Source: a virus
Lineage: Duplodnaviria > Heunggongvirae > Uroviricota > Caudoviricetes
Reading direction: 5' to 3' (one strand)
DNA: 64,000 nucleotides
IMG/VR virus record: IMGVR_UViG_3300025018_003790
Part shown: piece by piece, positions 10,812-21,350 of the stretch
How the letters are laid out: each line of letters begins with the position of its first letter
How positions within the stretch are numbered: position 1 is the stretch's first letter
The notes under the pieces: model-generated
Seen by the model: only the letters and a program-made list of their open reading frames with translations
Database searches by the model: none
What the model was told of the DNA's origin: nothing
Made by a program: the position numbers and the translations under genes

Positions 10812-11522
10812 TCAAACTTCATGGCGTTCCCTTCCCATTCTTGCTAACTCTTTTAGGTTTAGAGAATACACCTTTTGTGATCTAGCATTTTCGTCAATTT
10901 CTCCGAACTCTTCTTTTAAATATCCAGAAAGCTCAACAATAGGATTAAAACGATCTTCTTCAGGATATTGATTTAAACCATTTTTATCTAATAATAAAAT
11001 ATCGTCATCAAAAGAAACAGAAATATCAAATTTAACTATTTCAAATCCAAATTTTTCACAAAGAATTTCAATTGTTCGATCTTCGAGTTCACTAAAAATA
11101 AAATTAGGACCAAATTCTAAATCTATCTTTGCCGATTCTATTTGATAATCATCGAAAAACCTATCTTTGTTTTCGACAATTGACTCATTTAATTTTATTT
11201 TCTTTTTAATTAATTCTTTTGCTGCTTGTGAAACAGAAAATGATAAACACTGGTCAAATGATTGACTAGAAAATTTCTCCGTGTGGATTAAAAAAATTTT
11301 ATTTCCAGATTCGACATCAAAATGCCCAATTGAATAAAAGAAAACACCGTTTCTACCCATTTCTCTTTCTTCTCTTTCTGCCTGCGTCTTTGCCTTTTTC
11401 AAATAAAGAAAGCCTGAATGCATGAAAATCTTCATTTTGTGCTTGCATGTCAACTTCACCGAAAACATTTTTGATTTTTTCTGATAATTGTATCGTAAGT
11501 TCCCCGTATTCCCCACCAACAT
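10812..11522 (-). CDS. hypothetical protein, tandem paralog A
   Basis: Shares CEKFGFEIVKFD / CKKFGFKMMAPD and surrounding blocks with the adjacent gene; the N-terminal overlap suggests the real start is an internal Met. Confidence 0.4.
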   Translation of the reverse strand: MLVGNTGNLRYNYQKKSKMFSVKLTCKHKMKIFMHSGFLYLKKAKTQAEREEREMGRNGVFFYSIGHFDVESGNKIFLIHTEKFSSQSFDQCLSFSVSQAAKELIKKKIKLNESIVENKDRFFDDYQIESAKIDLEFGPNFIFSELEDRTIEILCEKFGFEIVKFDISVSFDDDILLLDKNGLNQYPEEDRFNPIVELSGYLKEEFGEIDENARSQKVYSLNLKELARMGRERHEV

Positions 11523-11958
11523 AATCGCCTATTCTTTTTGTCAATAAACCAGTGTTACCAGATATCTGAATTTCAGCATCTGGTGCCATCATTTTAAATC
11601 CGAATTTTTTACACATCAATTCTGATAAGCAATCGATGATATCATAAATAGTTGGGTTTATACCTTTTAATGTGACTTTTGCAGATCCTACTAAAAATTC
11701 ATCTTTATCGTCTTTAATAATCTTTTCGAGTCTTATTTTTTCTTCAACAAGTTTTTTTCCCATGGACTTGCTGGCTGCTACACAAAACAACTCAAAAAAT
11801 TGTTCTTGCGAAAACTTTAATTCATGGTAAAAATGAAAAGTGTCACTATCTGGATAAAAATCAAGGCAAATTTCATAAAAAAATCTTTCTACTCTTTCAG
11901 GTTGATCTGTTAATTCACCCACAATTTGCTGAATGTTTTCAACTTGCTCTTGTGTCAT
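11353..11958 (-). CDS. hypothetical protein, tandem paralog B
   Basis: See paralog A. Confidence 0.4.
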   Translation of the reverse strand: MTQEQVENIQQIVGELTDQPERVERFFYEICLDFYPDSDTFHFYHELKFSQEQFFELFCVAASKSMGKKLVEEKIRLEKIIKDDKDEFLVGSAKVTLKGINPTIYDIIDCLSELMCKKFGFKMMAPDAEIQISGNTGLLTKRIGDYVGGEYGELTIQLSEKIKNVFGEVDMQAQNEDFHAFRLSLFEKGKDAGRKRRKRNG

Positions 11959-12085
11959 TCTCGGTCTCCACTGTTGACATTTTCACAATATTCTTTCCAA
12001 ATTTTATTCATTTCGATTCTTTTTTGAGGTCCATCAACGTTCTCAACGAACTCACCATTTTTTAGTTTTTCAATGGCATCATAAC

Positions 12086-12307
12086 TCATGGTGATTCCTT
12101 TTGTCCCTTTTCAATATTTGCTTGTTCAATTAATTCTTCTCTTGTTTCACATCCATAAAAATACATTGTTTCTTGTTCAGCAAAGAAAATTATTTCACCG
12201 CAGCTAAAACATTCAAAAGCATCAATATCATCCCCAAGTGGATGGTCGCTCCCGGCAACATAGTTCATTTGGCCGCATTTGGTGCATGGCTCTTTGTAGA
12301 TCGTCAT
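12086..12307 (-). CDS. zinc-ribbon protein
   Basis: CTKCGQ ... CFSCGE pair of CxxC motifs. Confidence 0.4.
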   Translation of the reverse strand: MTIYKEPCTKCGQMNYVAGSDHPLGDDIDAFECFSCGEIIFFAEQETMYFYGCETREELIEQANIEKGQKESP

Positions 12308-13123
12308 CTGTTAACCTCACCTTCAGAACGACAAGTCATTGAAAAAAAGATAATCTTTCATATCAATATCCTGGCAAAATTTTTCTTTATGAGTTTTTGA
12401 GACTAAAAATTGTCTATACATTTGAGTGTCCCATTGTAGTGCGATAAATAAATAAAAGTTGGAAAAATCTTTTATTTTCCAACTTTTTTGTTTTAGTTGT
12501 AGATACTCTTCAGAATCTAAATAGTTAGAAATTAAGATAGACCAATAAACCGACCCTTCAAAAATTTTAACCCCTCTTGTCTCTGAAAAATAGATACCGT
12601 TTTCGATAGACCCAGAAATGAATGGAGAAAAAAGCAAAGCGTTAGAGACAAAAATAACACCTGTTTTTTTCATATCAATCAACCAGTTTAAGATGATCTT
12701 TTTTAGGAGTCTCTTTCTTTATATCTGAAAATAAATCTTTAGGATTGGGTTCTTTATCTGTGATTAACCATTTGAAAAGTCTTTTTGAATTTTTCTTTCC
12801 ACAAATCCTACCTAATATAAAAAAGAATTCACACAATGCCCAGGTATCATTTGTGATTGTGATGCTAGCTGCTGATTCTTCTCTTGAATTCTCTTCAATT
12901 TTTTCTATTGCGTTCAAAGCTATGCCTGTTAAATGCACAGCTTTTTCCCCGAATGTTTCTGGAATAACTTCATCAAAAATAACTTTCCCTGTTTCAATAT
13001 CTTTGATTAAAATTCTATGTGGGGCTGTTACTATCTTAAAAGCCATGTTTGGCTCCTTTCTGCCCTCTGGCCAAATTCAAGTCTATCGCTTTTCTCGCCC
13101 AGGAGGAAAATCATTGTGTTCAT

Positions 13124-15328
13124 TCAGTCTATGTTTAATGTCCAGATTGCCTTGGGATTAGCTTCCCAGCTTCTGCAAGTTCTAATTTCGTAATTACCCA
13201 TTGGTAAGAATGTTGTTTCATGTTCTGGATGATCGATATAGGTCCCATTCTCAACAATTATACGACCTAGAACATATTTATCTTTTCCGCTGACTTCTTG
13301 GAACGGTAATTGTTCTCTAAACAAATGCGAATCATATGAATTTACAGTTTTTTCTGGAATTATTTCTTTGTCTGTTTTAACAAAAATCAAATCACCCTGT
13401 TGGGCAGCTATATGCTTGGCGTTGATGTTCCCAGCCATCCAGTTGTATGCTCTTGGAACCCAATTGTGAACCGGGTTGTAATCCCCGTCTTTTGATCTAC
13501 ATGGGTGTGTTCTGTGGAAGTGAACTCGTGTCCCTTTTTCTTTAAGTCTTTCAAAGATAATTAGGAAAGTTGGATAACCACGGCCTTGTGCTGTGCCCGT
13601 AAGGGTGTAAAACATTAATCCATAATCATCTCTACCGTTCAATTTCTCTTCAATATCGAACATGGCTGTATTGCCATTTAAAACAAATCCTCGTTTAATA
13701 ACATTGTAGCTCAAGCTATAACAATAAACTGTTTGATATCCTCCAATTGCCAAAGAGGCATATGGAACTGTTACAATTTTATTTTCATTGTCTACAATTG
13801 GTGTTAAAGCGGACCTTTGTCTAACAACACCCGTCTCGTCTTCTTTGGGAGCATCCAATTCGTTTTCGCTATTGACAAGTTTCGGGAGGCACGTCCATGG
13901 ATATCCTGTTTGTTCATTGAGATATTCAGGCAAAGCGTAAAGAATGAAATAAAAATAACTCATCAAATCTTTTTCATAAGTAGTTCTTTTACTTGCCTCT
14001 TTCGCTAGTTTTTTCGTTATCTCTGGATGTTTTTCTAACATCTCTTCCCATAGAACAAAATTGTCATTGAAAAGGAAATATTGTTCATTTTTTTCAGATT
14101 TGAAAAAGATCCTAAGTGGGATTTCACCTTCGGTCATTGCTTGATAAAGAAGAGGAAATCTTGATTCTGAAATATCGATTGAATCAATGTCTTGCATAAT
14201 TTTAGTAAAAGCACGATTGCCCTGGGTTTTAAGGACTGCTTTTCTTTTTTCTTTAAATTCAGGCAATTCTTCTATCCAAGGCATAGACTTTACATTACTA
14301 TAATTTATTGGTTGTTTAATCTTCATCATTAAATCTGATAAATTATTGCAAGCTTTTTCAAATTCTTCGAAAGTTTTAATTTTTCCAAAGTAAGAATTGA
14401 AAACAGTAGAGACTTTAACGGAATTAACTGTAAATTTAGAAGATTTCAAAAATGTTCTGAACCCCATTAATCCAAAGATATTTTTTTCTTTTAATTCCTC
14501 TAAAAATGGTTCTATTTTATTTAAAACCTTTGTTATTCCCGTCTTATTGTCTCCTAAAACATTGTCAATGTAATATCCCTTTGAGACAAAATACTTTAAT
14601 AGATTTTTGAAACTTTCTGAATCAAAATTAAATCTATATCTGATGTCATTTACCGTGTCAAAGGTAAAGTCAAAAGAGCTTGAACTATATTTCTTGTTTG
14701 AGACTAAAAGTTTAGCTAGATTATTTGCTGGGAATTCTTTACCTGACACTTCAAAGTTAAAAGCTTCATTTAATTTGAGACCATAGAGCCTGTCACAACT
14801 TTGCGGATCTATAATTATTGTAACTATTTCGTCGTTAACTTTTACAGATAGAATAACATCTGATTCATAAAATGGATAGCTTCTAGATGAAAACTTGCAG
14901 CCAATTGAGAACAAATCTATCTGTTCAACATCTATTGTTTCTTTTTCTCCTGAATAATCAGATGGGTTTTTTGTGATGTTGTAACTGCCATATCGTGTTT
15001 TCCCATAATTACTTGTTTCGTTAACAACAGTAAAAAACAGCGGAAAATCTTTTTTATCTCCAATTATATTGTAGTTGTTAAATGTCCCTTCGGCGAGAAA
15101 AATTCGAAGAGAAATTAACTTCATTTTATCATCTGGGATTGGAAAATCTGGTAAACTAAAATCATCATCTTGTTCTACAACCAAAAATTTACAATCCCCA
15201 TACACCCGGCCAAACAAATCACGGGGTCTGTCCTCAACTGGTAATAAATTATTATAGCTATTACTTTGGGCAAGCCCAAACAATTCATCAACAGCAACGA
15301 ATTTTCTATTCAGGTCTATGTTAAACAT
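13124..15328 (-). CDS. large hypothetical protein (734 aa)
   Basis: Long ORF with AAGGAG SD 8 nt before the ATG; no confident domain call. Confidence 0.55.
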   Translation of the reverse strand: MFNIDLNRKFVAVDELFGLAQSNSYNNLLPVEDRPRDLFGRVYGDCKFLVVEQDDDFSLPDFPIPDDKMKLISLRIFLAEGTFNNYNIIGDKKDFPLFFTVVNETSNYGKTRYGSYNITKNPSDYSGEKETIDVEQIDLFSIGCKFSSRSYPFYESDVILSVKVNDEIVTIIIDPQSCDRLYGLKLNEAFNFEVSGKEFPANNLAKLLVSNKKYSSSSFDFTFDTVNDIRYRFNFDSESFKNLLKYFVSKGYYIDNVLGDNKTGITKVLNKIEPFLEELKEKNIFGLMGFRTFLKSSKFTVNSVKVSTVFNSYFGKIKTFEEFEKACNNLSDLMMKIKQPINYSNVKSMPWIEELPEFKEKRKAVLKTQGNRAFTKIMQDIDSIDISESRFPLLYQAMTEGEIPLRIFFKSEKNEQYFLFNDNFVLWEEMLEKHPEITKKLAKEASKRTTYEKDLMSYFYFILYALPEYLNEQTGYPWTCLPKLVNSENELDAPKEDETGVVRQRSALTPIVDNENKIVTVPYASLAIGGYQTVYCYSLSYNVIKRGFVLNGNTAMFDIEEKLNGRDDYGLMFYTLTGTAQGRGYPTFLIIFERLKEKGTRVHFHRTHPCRSKDGDYNPVHNWVPRAYNWMAGNINAKHIAAQQGDLIFVKTDKEIIPEKTVNSYDSHLFREQLPFQEVSGKDKYVLGRIIVENGTYIDHPEHETTFLPMGNYEIRTCRSWEANPKAIWTLNID

Positions 15329-15737
15329 GTGGGTTGGCTCCTTCTGCCTCTCTCAGTCGAAACGATAATCTGTAGCTTCAAAATAATCAACGATTTCGTA
15401 TATCCTTTGTTGTGCTCTTTTAATAATATCATCTGCTATTTTCAAAGCGCCTTTAATGCATTCGCCTTTGTTTTCATCCCTAAATCTCTCTTCTTCCGTT
15501 TTTATTCTTATCTCTGCTTCATAATGGAAATCTTGTTCGCTATTTGGCATAGAATAAGATTTTCTTTGGATAAAGATACTAACTGGCCCGATGATAATGA
15601 CTTCTCTGGTGTCATTGACTTTCAAAAGTGGACTCATTGACATTTTTGTTTCCTACCAGCAATTCTGCAACAAGATGTTGCAGAGACATTGTAACACAGT
15701 CTACATACGCTCATGGTGGTATAGCCAAGTGGAATTT

Positions 15738-16655
15738 TTAAAAAGCCAGATCATTAAAAGATTGATCTTGATTGAATTGATCATCTTCCATTAGAATTGG
15801 GTTTTCATTTTTTGATCTTTCATACATTTCTTCTGTATCTAAAATTAATTCCTCTCTTTTTGCTAGTAGCCTATTTATTTCAAATTCTATTGAATCTATT
15901 TCATCTATTTTAGCCTGAATGGCAGCCAAAAATCTCTTGGGGCTTTTCCATCTTGATTTTTTTACAGAGACAGATATCAATTCTGATTGCTTCTTTTGAT
16001 TTATTAATTCTAAAATATCTTTTTCTTTTGAGATTTCATCTTCTTCAATAATTTCTTTTTCTTCTTTTCCTTCATCTTCTATATAATTTGATATATCAAA
16101 ATTTGCTCTTAAATAATCAGAAGCTTCTCTCAAAGTTTGGAATGTGTTTTGAGTAACAATTTCTGACCCTATATTGTAAATAATTAAGTCAAAATTATCA
16201 TTTTGAATAGTTATTTTATATCTAAAAGAATCTTCTCCTGAATATTTATTAAAATAGGTATTAACAAAATATATAGTCTCTTTGTTTATTGATTGGATTA
16301 GTCCGAGGATATTAGATAAATTACCAAAGACACCGATTGGATAATCTGGCATATAGAAAATGGGATCAAGCCGAACGCATTTCTTTCGAATTAATATAGA
16401 TTCTACTTCTTTTAAAGCATCTCGAAATGAAAAAAATTCCTTATTATAAGAATCTCTTTGTATAAGAAAAGATTCGGGGGTGTTGTCATATAAATCTTTA
16501 GTATATAACAAAATCTGATAAGTGTCTTCTTCAAAAGATCTATAAATTTCCACATAATAAAAGACGCTCCAATCCTTATCTTGCAACAATTCAATAGCCA
16601 TATTTTTTGGATAAAAAATATATGATTTTTGGAACGTAACTGATTGAGTTTTCAT
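15738..16655 (-). CDS. hypothetical protein
   Basis: ORF track, 305 aa. Confidence 0.45.
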   Translation of the reverse strand: MKTQSVTFQKSYIFYPKNMAIELLQDKDWSVFYYVEIYRSFEEDTYQILLYTKDLYDNTPESFLIQRDSYNKEFFSFRDALKEVESILIRKKCVRLDPIFYMPDYPIGVFGNLSNILGLIQSINKETIYFVNTYFNKYSGEDSFRYKITIQNDNFDLIIYNIGSEIVTQNTFQTLREASDYLRANFDISNYIEDEGKEEKEIIEEDEISKEKDILELINQKKQSELISVSVKKSRWKSPKRFLAAIQAKIDEIDSIEFEINRLLAKREELILDTEEMYERSKNENPILMEDDQFNQDQSFNDLAF

Positions 16656-16672
16656 TTTATTTTTCGATTAAC

Positions 16673-17050
16673 TTAAAAGATAAGATCCCCAAAATCATCT
16701 TTTGAATCTTCTCCCTCTTGAATTTCTGCAACATAGCTATTGTCTGCTTTCAGACCTTCTAATCTCCAACTCCAATCTAAAGGTTTTGACAAAATTTTAT
16801 ATCCTTTTTTTGTTTTTTCTCTTAATTTCTTTTTTGCATCTAAATAAGCTAATGTGTAAGATTTATAGTCTTTTATGTTTTTCACAGGATTACAACCAAT
16901 TCTGCCATGATAATAAATAACACTCACCAAACCATTTGATGTTGATGGACAAATTTCATATGCCCAGAATTTGAACTCATTTTTTTGATTGTTCACGCAT
17001 TCCGAATAGACACGCTGTTGCTTATCGCCAGCTTCTGCAAAGCTTTCCAT
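16673..17050 (-). CDS. WGR-domain-like protein
   Basis: KFWAYEICPSTSNGLVSVIYYHGRIG resembles the WGR signature (KFYxxQ...RWGRIG) with H replacing W. Confidence 0.35.
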   Translation of the reverse strand: MESFAEAGDKQQRVYSECVNNQKNEFKFWAYEICPSTSNGLVSVIYYHGRIGCNPVKNIKDYKSYTLAYLDAKKKLREKTKKGYKILSKPLDWSWRLEGLKADNSYVAEIQEGEDSKDDFGDLIF

Positions 17051-17453
17051 CTAATTTTCACCGTTCCTTAGTTGGTCTTCTCTAAAGATTTAGTTGCTCG
17101 AACAGACTTAATTTTTTTGTTTCTCTTTCGGTTTCATCTTCTATTTTTGACAATAAATCCTCTAACTTTTCGCTTAAATACTTCATTGCTTTAAGTATTT
17201 GTTGGATTTGGAAATCTATTGATTCTTTTGTCTCTGGCTGTTCTGTTGATTCGCTTATCATAAAAACCTCTATTCATCATCATCGTCTGAGTAATCCCAA
17301 TCGCAACCCTCTTCAAGCTCATTATCTATCAATTCAAATTTGTTATCTCCGATATAAATGATTTCAATTCCGGTCACTATTTCAAAAATTTCAGCCAAAT
17401 TATCTCTATCTACTGTTCTAACTCCTTCTAATATAGAAAAAATTACACTTTCT

Positions 17454-18227
17454 CTATCTGTTATATTTCCCATGATTTTTTTTGTTTATCCTTTTTTTTC
17501 TTGGTTTGCTTTGATGTTCTGTTTTCTTAAAACTTTGATCATCAAATCCTTTCATGTCTCTCATATCTTCATCAGAAATCTTTTGAGGCACTTCTTCATT
17601 GTTGGTTAAAACACCAGAAATAAACATTCTTATTTCTTGATACGCAGAAAAAGTGTCAAATATCTTTTGAAATTCCCAATCTTCAAGTTTCGGGCAAACT
17701 GTTAAAATTACTTCAACCTCTTTTGGTTGAATCAAAAAGCACGGAGTTTTAAGCTCAAAAAATATATTCAAAAAAGATTCTGAAATTGTATCCATTTTTG
17801 TAAACAACTCATTAGCTTTTCTTTTTCTTGAGACATGATCTGCATTTTCTCTTTTGCCTAATTTTTTATGAGATTGAAGAATTTTATTTGTTACCTCAAC
17901 AAATTCTTCAAATGAATAACAAAATTTCTTAACTACTTTATTCTCCATCTTATTCTCAACTTTGTTAAAAGTTTTTTCTGACCACCATACTATAGTTACT
18001 TCATAGAGTTTACCACAAAATCCAATTACATTAAACATGCAACTATATGGTAAACGATAATAACTCCAAGAACGAGCCACAAATCCAAAAAGTTTTTTTA
18101 ATTCACCTTCATAAGTATACTTTCGCAATTCTTCTTCAACTTGATTGCGAACAAAAACAGGTGTTCTTTCTTCATCATCCCTTTGAACAGAATCGTAATA
18201 ATCCTTGAAACCAGAGATTATACGCAT
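17454..18227 (-). CDS. hypothetical basic protein
   Basis: ORF track, 257 aa. Confidence 0.45.
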   Translation of the reverse strand: MRIISGFKDYYDSVQRDDEERTPVFVRNQVEEELRKYTYEGELKKLFGFVARSWSYYRLPYSCMFNVIGFCGKLYEVTIVWWSEKTFNKVENKMENKVVKKFCYSFEEFVEVTNKILQSHKKLGKRENADHVSRKRKANELFTKMDTISESFLNIFFELKTPCFLIQPKEVEVILTVCPKLEDWEFQKIFDTFSAYQEIRMFISGVLTNNEEVPQKISDEDMRDMKGFDDQSFKKTEHQSKPRKKRINKKNHGKYNR

Positions 18228-18510
18228 CGATCTTCAATGCCTCCTTTTCGGTTTTTTCGGGCGGATTTTCTTATTAATCCCTTTTTTCTTCTCAATCTCT
18301 TTTTTAAGATTATCCATCAAATCCTTGACTTCATCACGTTCAGAAATACCATCCATTCTTGGAAAATTAACTTCCCAAAAAGAATAAATCTTTAGTTCTG
18401 GACTTTTTTCAAGTTTTAAACAAAAAGATGCAGCATCCTCTATCCTAACGAAAAGATGTTCATCTAATTTCCAGAATCTTTCATCTTCAGGATCTTCAAT
18501 TTCTGAATGT

Positions 18511-18768
18511 TCAATTAATAATGATAGCATTATTAATTTCTAGTTTTTCTAGTTTTTCTAGTTTTTCTAGTTTTTCTAGTTTTTCTAGTTTTTCTAGTTT
18601 TTCTTGAAGCGCTGAAACAATATCTTCATGCAATATCTTCGAGCCTCTCCTTAAACACCAATCAATCCTTGCAGCATGGGATGGTTTTAATTCTTCTTCG
18701 GCTAAAACCTCTTCTGAAATATCTTTAACCAAATTATATAATAAATTTGGCAATGAACAGTTTCCCAT
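18511..18768 (-). CDS. small protein with (EKL)n repeat
   Basis: ORF track; contains an in-frame 9-bp tandem repeat encoding EKLEKLEKL... Confidence 0.4.
   Translation of the reverse strand: MGNCSLPNLLYNLVKDISEEVLAEEELKPSHAARIDWCLRRGSKILHEDIVSALQEKLEKLEKLEKLEKLEKLEKLEINNAIIIN
18538..18603. repeat. perfect tandem repeat, 9-bp unit TAGTTTTTC x7
   Basis: Directly visible at 18541-18603; multiple of 3, so copy-number change keeps the frame. Confidence 0.85.
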
Positions 18769-18818
18769 CTCTCGCTCCTCTCGCTCCTCTCGCTGGGGCT
18801 TTTCCGTCGCAGGTCTGG

Positions 18819-19496
18819 TTAGGTCGCATCCTGTGGCTCTGTTGGGGCATCCTGTGCTTGGGTCTCGCCTTCGCTACCTTCGTCTTTTACGAAAATGTCA
18901 AAAGAATCATTTGGGTAGGCAAAGAAATCTTCGTTTTTCCCATAAAAATCATGAAGTTGTCTTTTTGCTAATTCTGAGATATCAAAAAAATCTATTTCTC
19001 TAGGATTGTTTTTGTAGTTTTTTAATTTGATCGCATCACCAAGATTTATGTTATTCAAATAAGCAAAATAAATAACTTTAAGATATTGTTCACAAAGTTC
19101 TTTCCCACTAGTTTTGATTGCATTGGGATGTTTTAAAAAGCCACCTTTGAGTTCGGAAACTCTGACCCATTCATTATCAAATTCTCTTAACGGTTTGACT
19201 CTTTTTATCACAAAATCCCATGTCTCTTTGTAAAAGAAGATACTTCTTAAATCTGGTCTATCGTCAAATTCATGTTTTATCTCATAATCCAAGCCATCAA
19301 TAACTCCATCCTCTAAAACTCCGACTGCAATCATTTCAATTTTGTCAAGCAACCCGAAAGGGTGAGCAAAAGTCAAGGAAAAACAAAAAAAATAATCATC
19401 AACATCTTGTTCTGGTTTATATTTTGGCAAAACCATAACAACTTCTTCACCATTTGAAATTGGGACTTTAGTGAGCGCATCTGCCTCAAAATTCAT
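18819..19496 (-). CDS. hypothetical protein
   Basis: ORF track, 225 aa. Confidence 0.45.
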   Translation of the reverse strand: MNFEADALTKVPISNGEEVVMVLPKYKPEQDVDDYFFCFSLTFAHPFGLLDKIEMIAVGVLEDGVIDGLDYEIKHEFDDRPDLRSIFFYKETWDFVIKRVKPLREFDNEWVRVSELKGGFLKHPNAIKTSGKELCEQYLKVIYFAYLNNINLGDAIKLKNYKNNPREIDFFDISELAKRQLHDFYGKNEDFFAYPNDSFDIFVKDEGSEGETQAQDAPTEPQDAT

Positions 19497-19683
19497 TTGA
19501 TACTCCCCAACTTGACATTACCAAACAAGCTGAAATCAATCTCACAAACGAATTGTAAATTGCAAATTTCTCTCTTTTTTTGATTTTTAAACAAACTTCG
19601 TTGTTTTCAAACAACAATTGATATTTCTGACAAATTTTATTGATAAAATCATGTTTTTCATACGGTTCGTCTTTGATTGAGAT

Positions 19684-21087
19684 ACCGTTCCTTAAAATCT
19701 GCGGAAATCTAAGCATTTGACAATGCTCCAAATATTCGCAAACCTACTGGTTTAAAACCGGCACCGTAAGGTCCGGTAAAGAATCGATTCAAAATATTCC
19801 TCCCTGCATTTGTATCTGCGTTGCCTTTATGACCACAGCCAAGGCACAGGAATATCTCTCCATTCCGATTCTTCTTATCAGCATGACCACATTCAAGGCA
19901 AGTGATACTGGTATTATAACAGGGAACAGAACGGAAGGAAACACGGTTTTCTTCACATCCCATTTGAACCCGATTCAACCAATATCGCCACACCCACGAG
20001 CCGATAACTCGACGCATATTTTTGGAAAGGCGTCGTCTTTCCTTTGTCTTGTGATTCAAGTTTGACAACTTTTCAACAACCACAAGATCAATCTTTTCAT
20101 TAGAAACTATTTGTTTTGCAACCTCATCCATTCGTTGTTTCAATGCCCTTCTGGCTCGCTTTTGTCCTTTAGAGCCATGTTCACAACGAACTATTCTCTG
20201 CACACATTCTTTTATGTCTCTGCCCAACTGCTCACCGTTAGAAAAAGAAGCCAAGGCGTTGATGCCAGAGTCAATTCCGATAGCATTTTTGCCTTCCTTC
20301 TTCTCTCCTGTTTGAATCTCAAAGCAGAACTGGACATCTTTGTCTGTTATGATGTAGCTATTCAATCTCTGTCCCAAATTGTTCCATTTGTTAAAATGCT
20401 TGTGATATCTGATTGGCAAGTCAATGATAGTCTTTTCCCCAATAGAAGACAGATGTAGCCAACCATCGAATTCGTTTGTCTTAGATGGCTGAATATCAGC
20501 GATAGTGCAAGAGACATACATCCGATTGCCCTTATGCTTTGGCTTTTCTGCTGTCAATGCTTCTGCCTTCTGCTTCAACTGATTAGCTTTGTTGGAATAC
20601 TTCGCCTTTTCGGCTTTAGCTAACAATCGCTTCTTATCATTGGCTATTCGCTCTTGCGAGGCTTTAATCATATCTATTGCTTCACGAGCACAGACTTTTC
20701 TAAGTCTCGCTGATAGCCAAGACTCTGGTTTATTGACTATATCCTTTAGCAATTCTGCTTTGGTTGGGCAATCATCCCAGAAAGAATCAATGAACAGATT
20801 GCAAAGTCTACCATATTCAGTCAGCACAGTTTTAAGTTGCTCACGCTTGGTAGCGGTAGCGAATTTCAAAGAACACTGTGTTGACCGAATTATCTTCATT
20901 TTTCTGTCTTCGCCTCTGCTTCTTTAGCTTCCGCTTCTTTCTATTTTCACTACTTCTTTTGCCGTATATTTTGTTGGAAAATGACGCCATTAGAGAAGCC
21001 GGGTTTGCGAATGCTCACATGTTTCCCTTTCGTTTCCCGCAGTTATCCATAGATTTTCGCAGATTTAGTGCCAACTGTTATTAACCC
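19684..21087 (-). mobile_element. IS607-family element, internally deleted copy (tnpB only, with a tnpA 3' remnant)
   Basis: Right end ACCGTTCCTTAAAATCTGCGGAAATCTAAGCATTTGACAATGCTCCAAAT and left end ATCCATAGATTT(T/C)CGCAGATTTAGTGCCAACTGTTAT are shared with the copy at 47616..51623. Sequence 20900-20990 is homologous to the 3' end of tnpA in the other copy. Confidence 0.7.
19709..20899 (-). CDS. tnpB: TnpB (OrfB) RNA-guided endonuclease, IS607/IS605 family
   Basis: RuvC-I IGIDSGIN, RuvC-II VVVEKL, zinc finger CLECGH...CLGCGH, RuvC-III NADTNAGRNI; about 88% identical to the 47641..48831 copy, with the C-terminal half near-identical. Confidence 0.85.
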   Translation of the reverse strand: MKIIRSTQCSLKFATATKREQLKTVLTEYGRLCNLFIDSFWDDCPTKAELLKDIVNKPESWLSARLRKVCAREAIDMIKASQERIANDKKRLLAKAEKAKYSNKANQLKQKAEALTAEKPKHKGNRMYVSCTIADIQPSKTNEFDGWLHLSSIGEKTIIDLPIRYHKHFNKWNNLGQRLNSYIITDKDVQFCFEIQTGEKKEGKNAIGIDSGINALASFSNGEQLGRDIKECVQRIVRCEHGSKGQKRARRALKQRMDEVAKQIVSNEKIDLVVVEKLSNLNHKTKERRRLSKNMRRVIGSWVWRYWLNRVQMGCEENRVSFRSVPCYNTSITCLECGHADKKNRNGEIFLCLGCGHKGNADTNAGRNILNRFFTGPYGAGFKPVGLRIFGALSNA

Positions 21088-21311
21088 ATCAAGATAGCTA
21101 TTGTCCCTTCGTCGGACAGAACAAAATAATCATCTTCAATTGAGAAAATTATTGAGACACCAGAGCCATCTGGGTAAATCAAATCTGTTTCAACCAAAAA
21201 AGAGTTTTCACTATGATCTTGCAAAAAATATTCATTCCTTCCAATTAGATCGTAGACATCATCTAGTATTAAATGACCCATCTCTCTCACTGCCTCCGCT
21301 GCCATTGCCAC
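21081..21311 (-). CDS. hypothetical small protein (likely starts at internal ATG near 21281)
   Basis: ORF track; GGAGGCAGTGAGAGAG SD precedes the second Met; TATAAT lies only 10 nt upstream of the first ATG; the stop codon abuts the IS left end. Confidence 0.35.
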   Translation of the reverse strand: MAMAAEAVREMGHLILDDVYDLIGRNEYFLQDHSENSFLVETDLIYPDGSGVSIIFSIEDDYFVLSDEGTIAILMG

Positions 21312-21316
21312 CCTGT

Positions 21317-21328
21317 ATTATACCACAA
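21317..21328 (-). promoter_or_regulatory. extended -10 promoter TTGTGGTATAAT
   Basis: Sequence seen on the minus strand; same core found upstream of tRNA-Glu and after tRNA-Ser(CGA). Confidence 0.45.
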
Positions 21329-21350
21329 CGCTGCCTCTGCGGCGGTTGGT

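Noticed and set aside
18538-18603. Possible CRISPR array (regularly spaced identical short repeats)
   Set aside because: The unit is 9 bp with no spacers between copies, and it is in-frame inside an ORF (EKL repeats). It is a microsatellite, not a CRISPR array.
19486-19731. ORFs 19486..19731 and 47325..47663, both beginning MEHCQMLRFPQILRNG
   Set aside because: Their conserved N-termini are just the translated right end of the two IS copies, and they diverge exactly where the IS ends. They are artefacts of the TnpB omega-RNA region.
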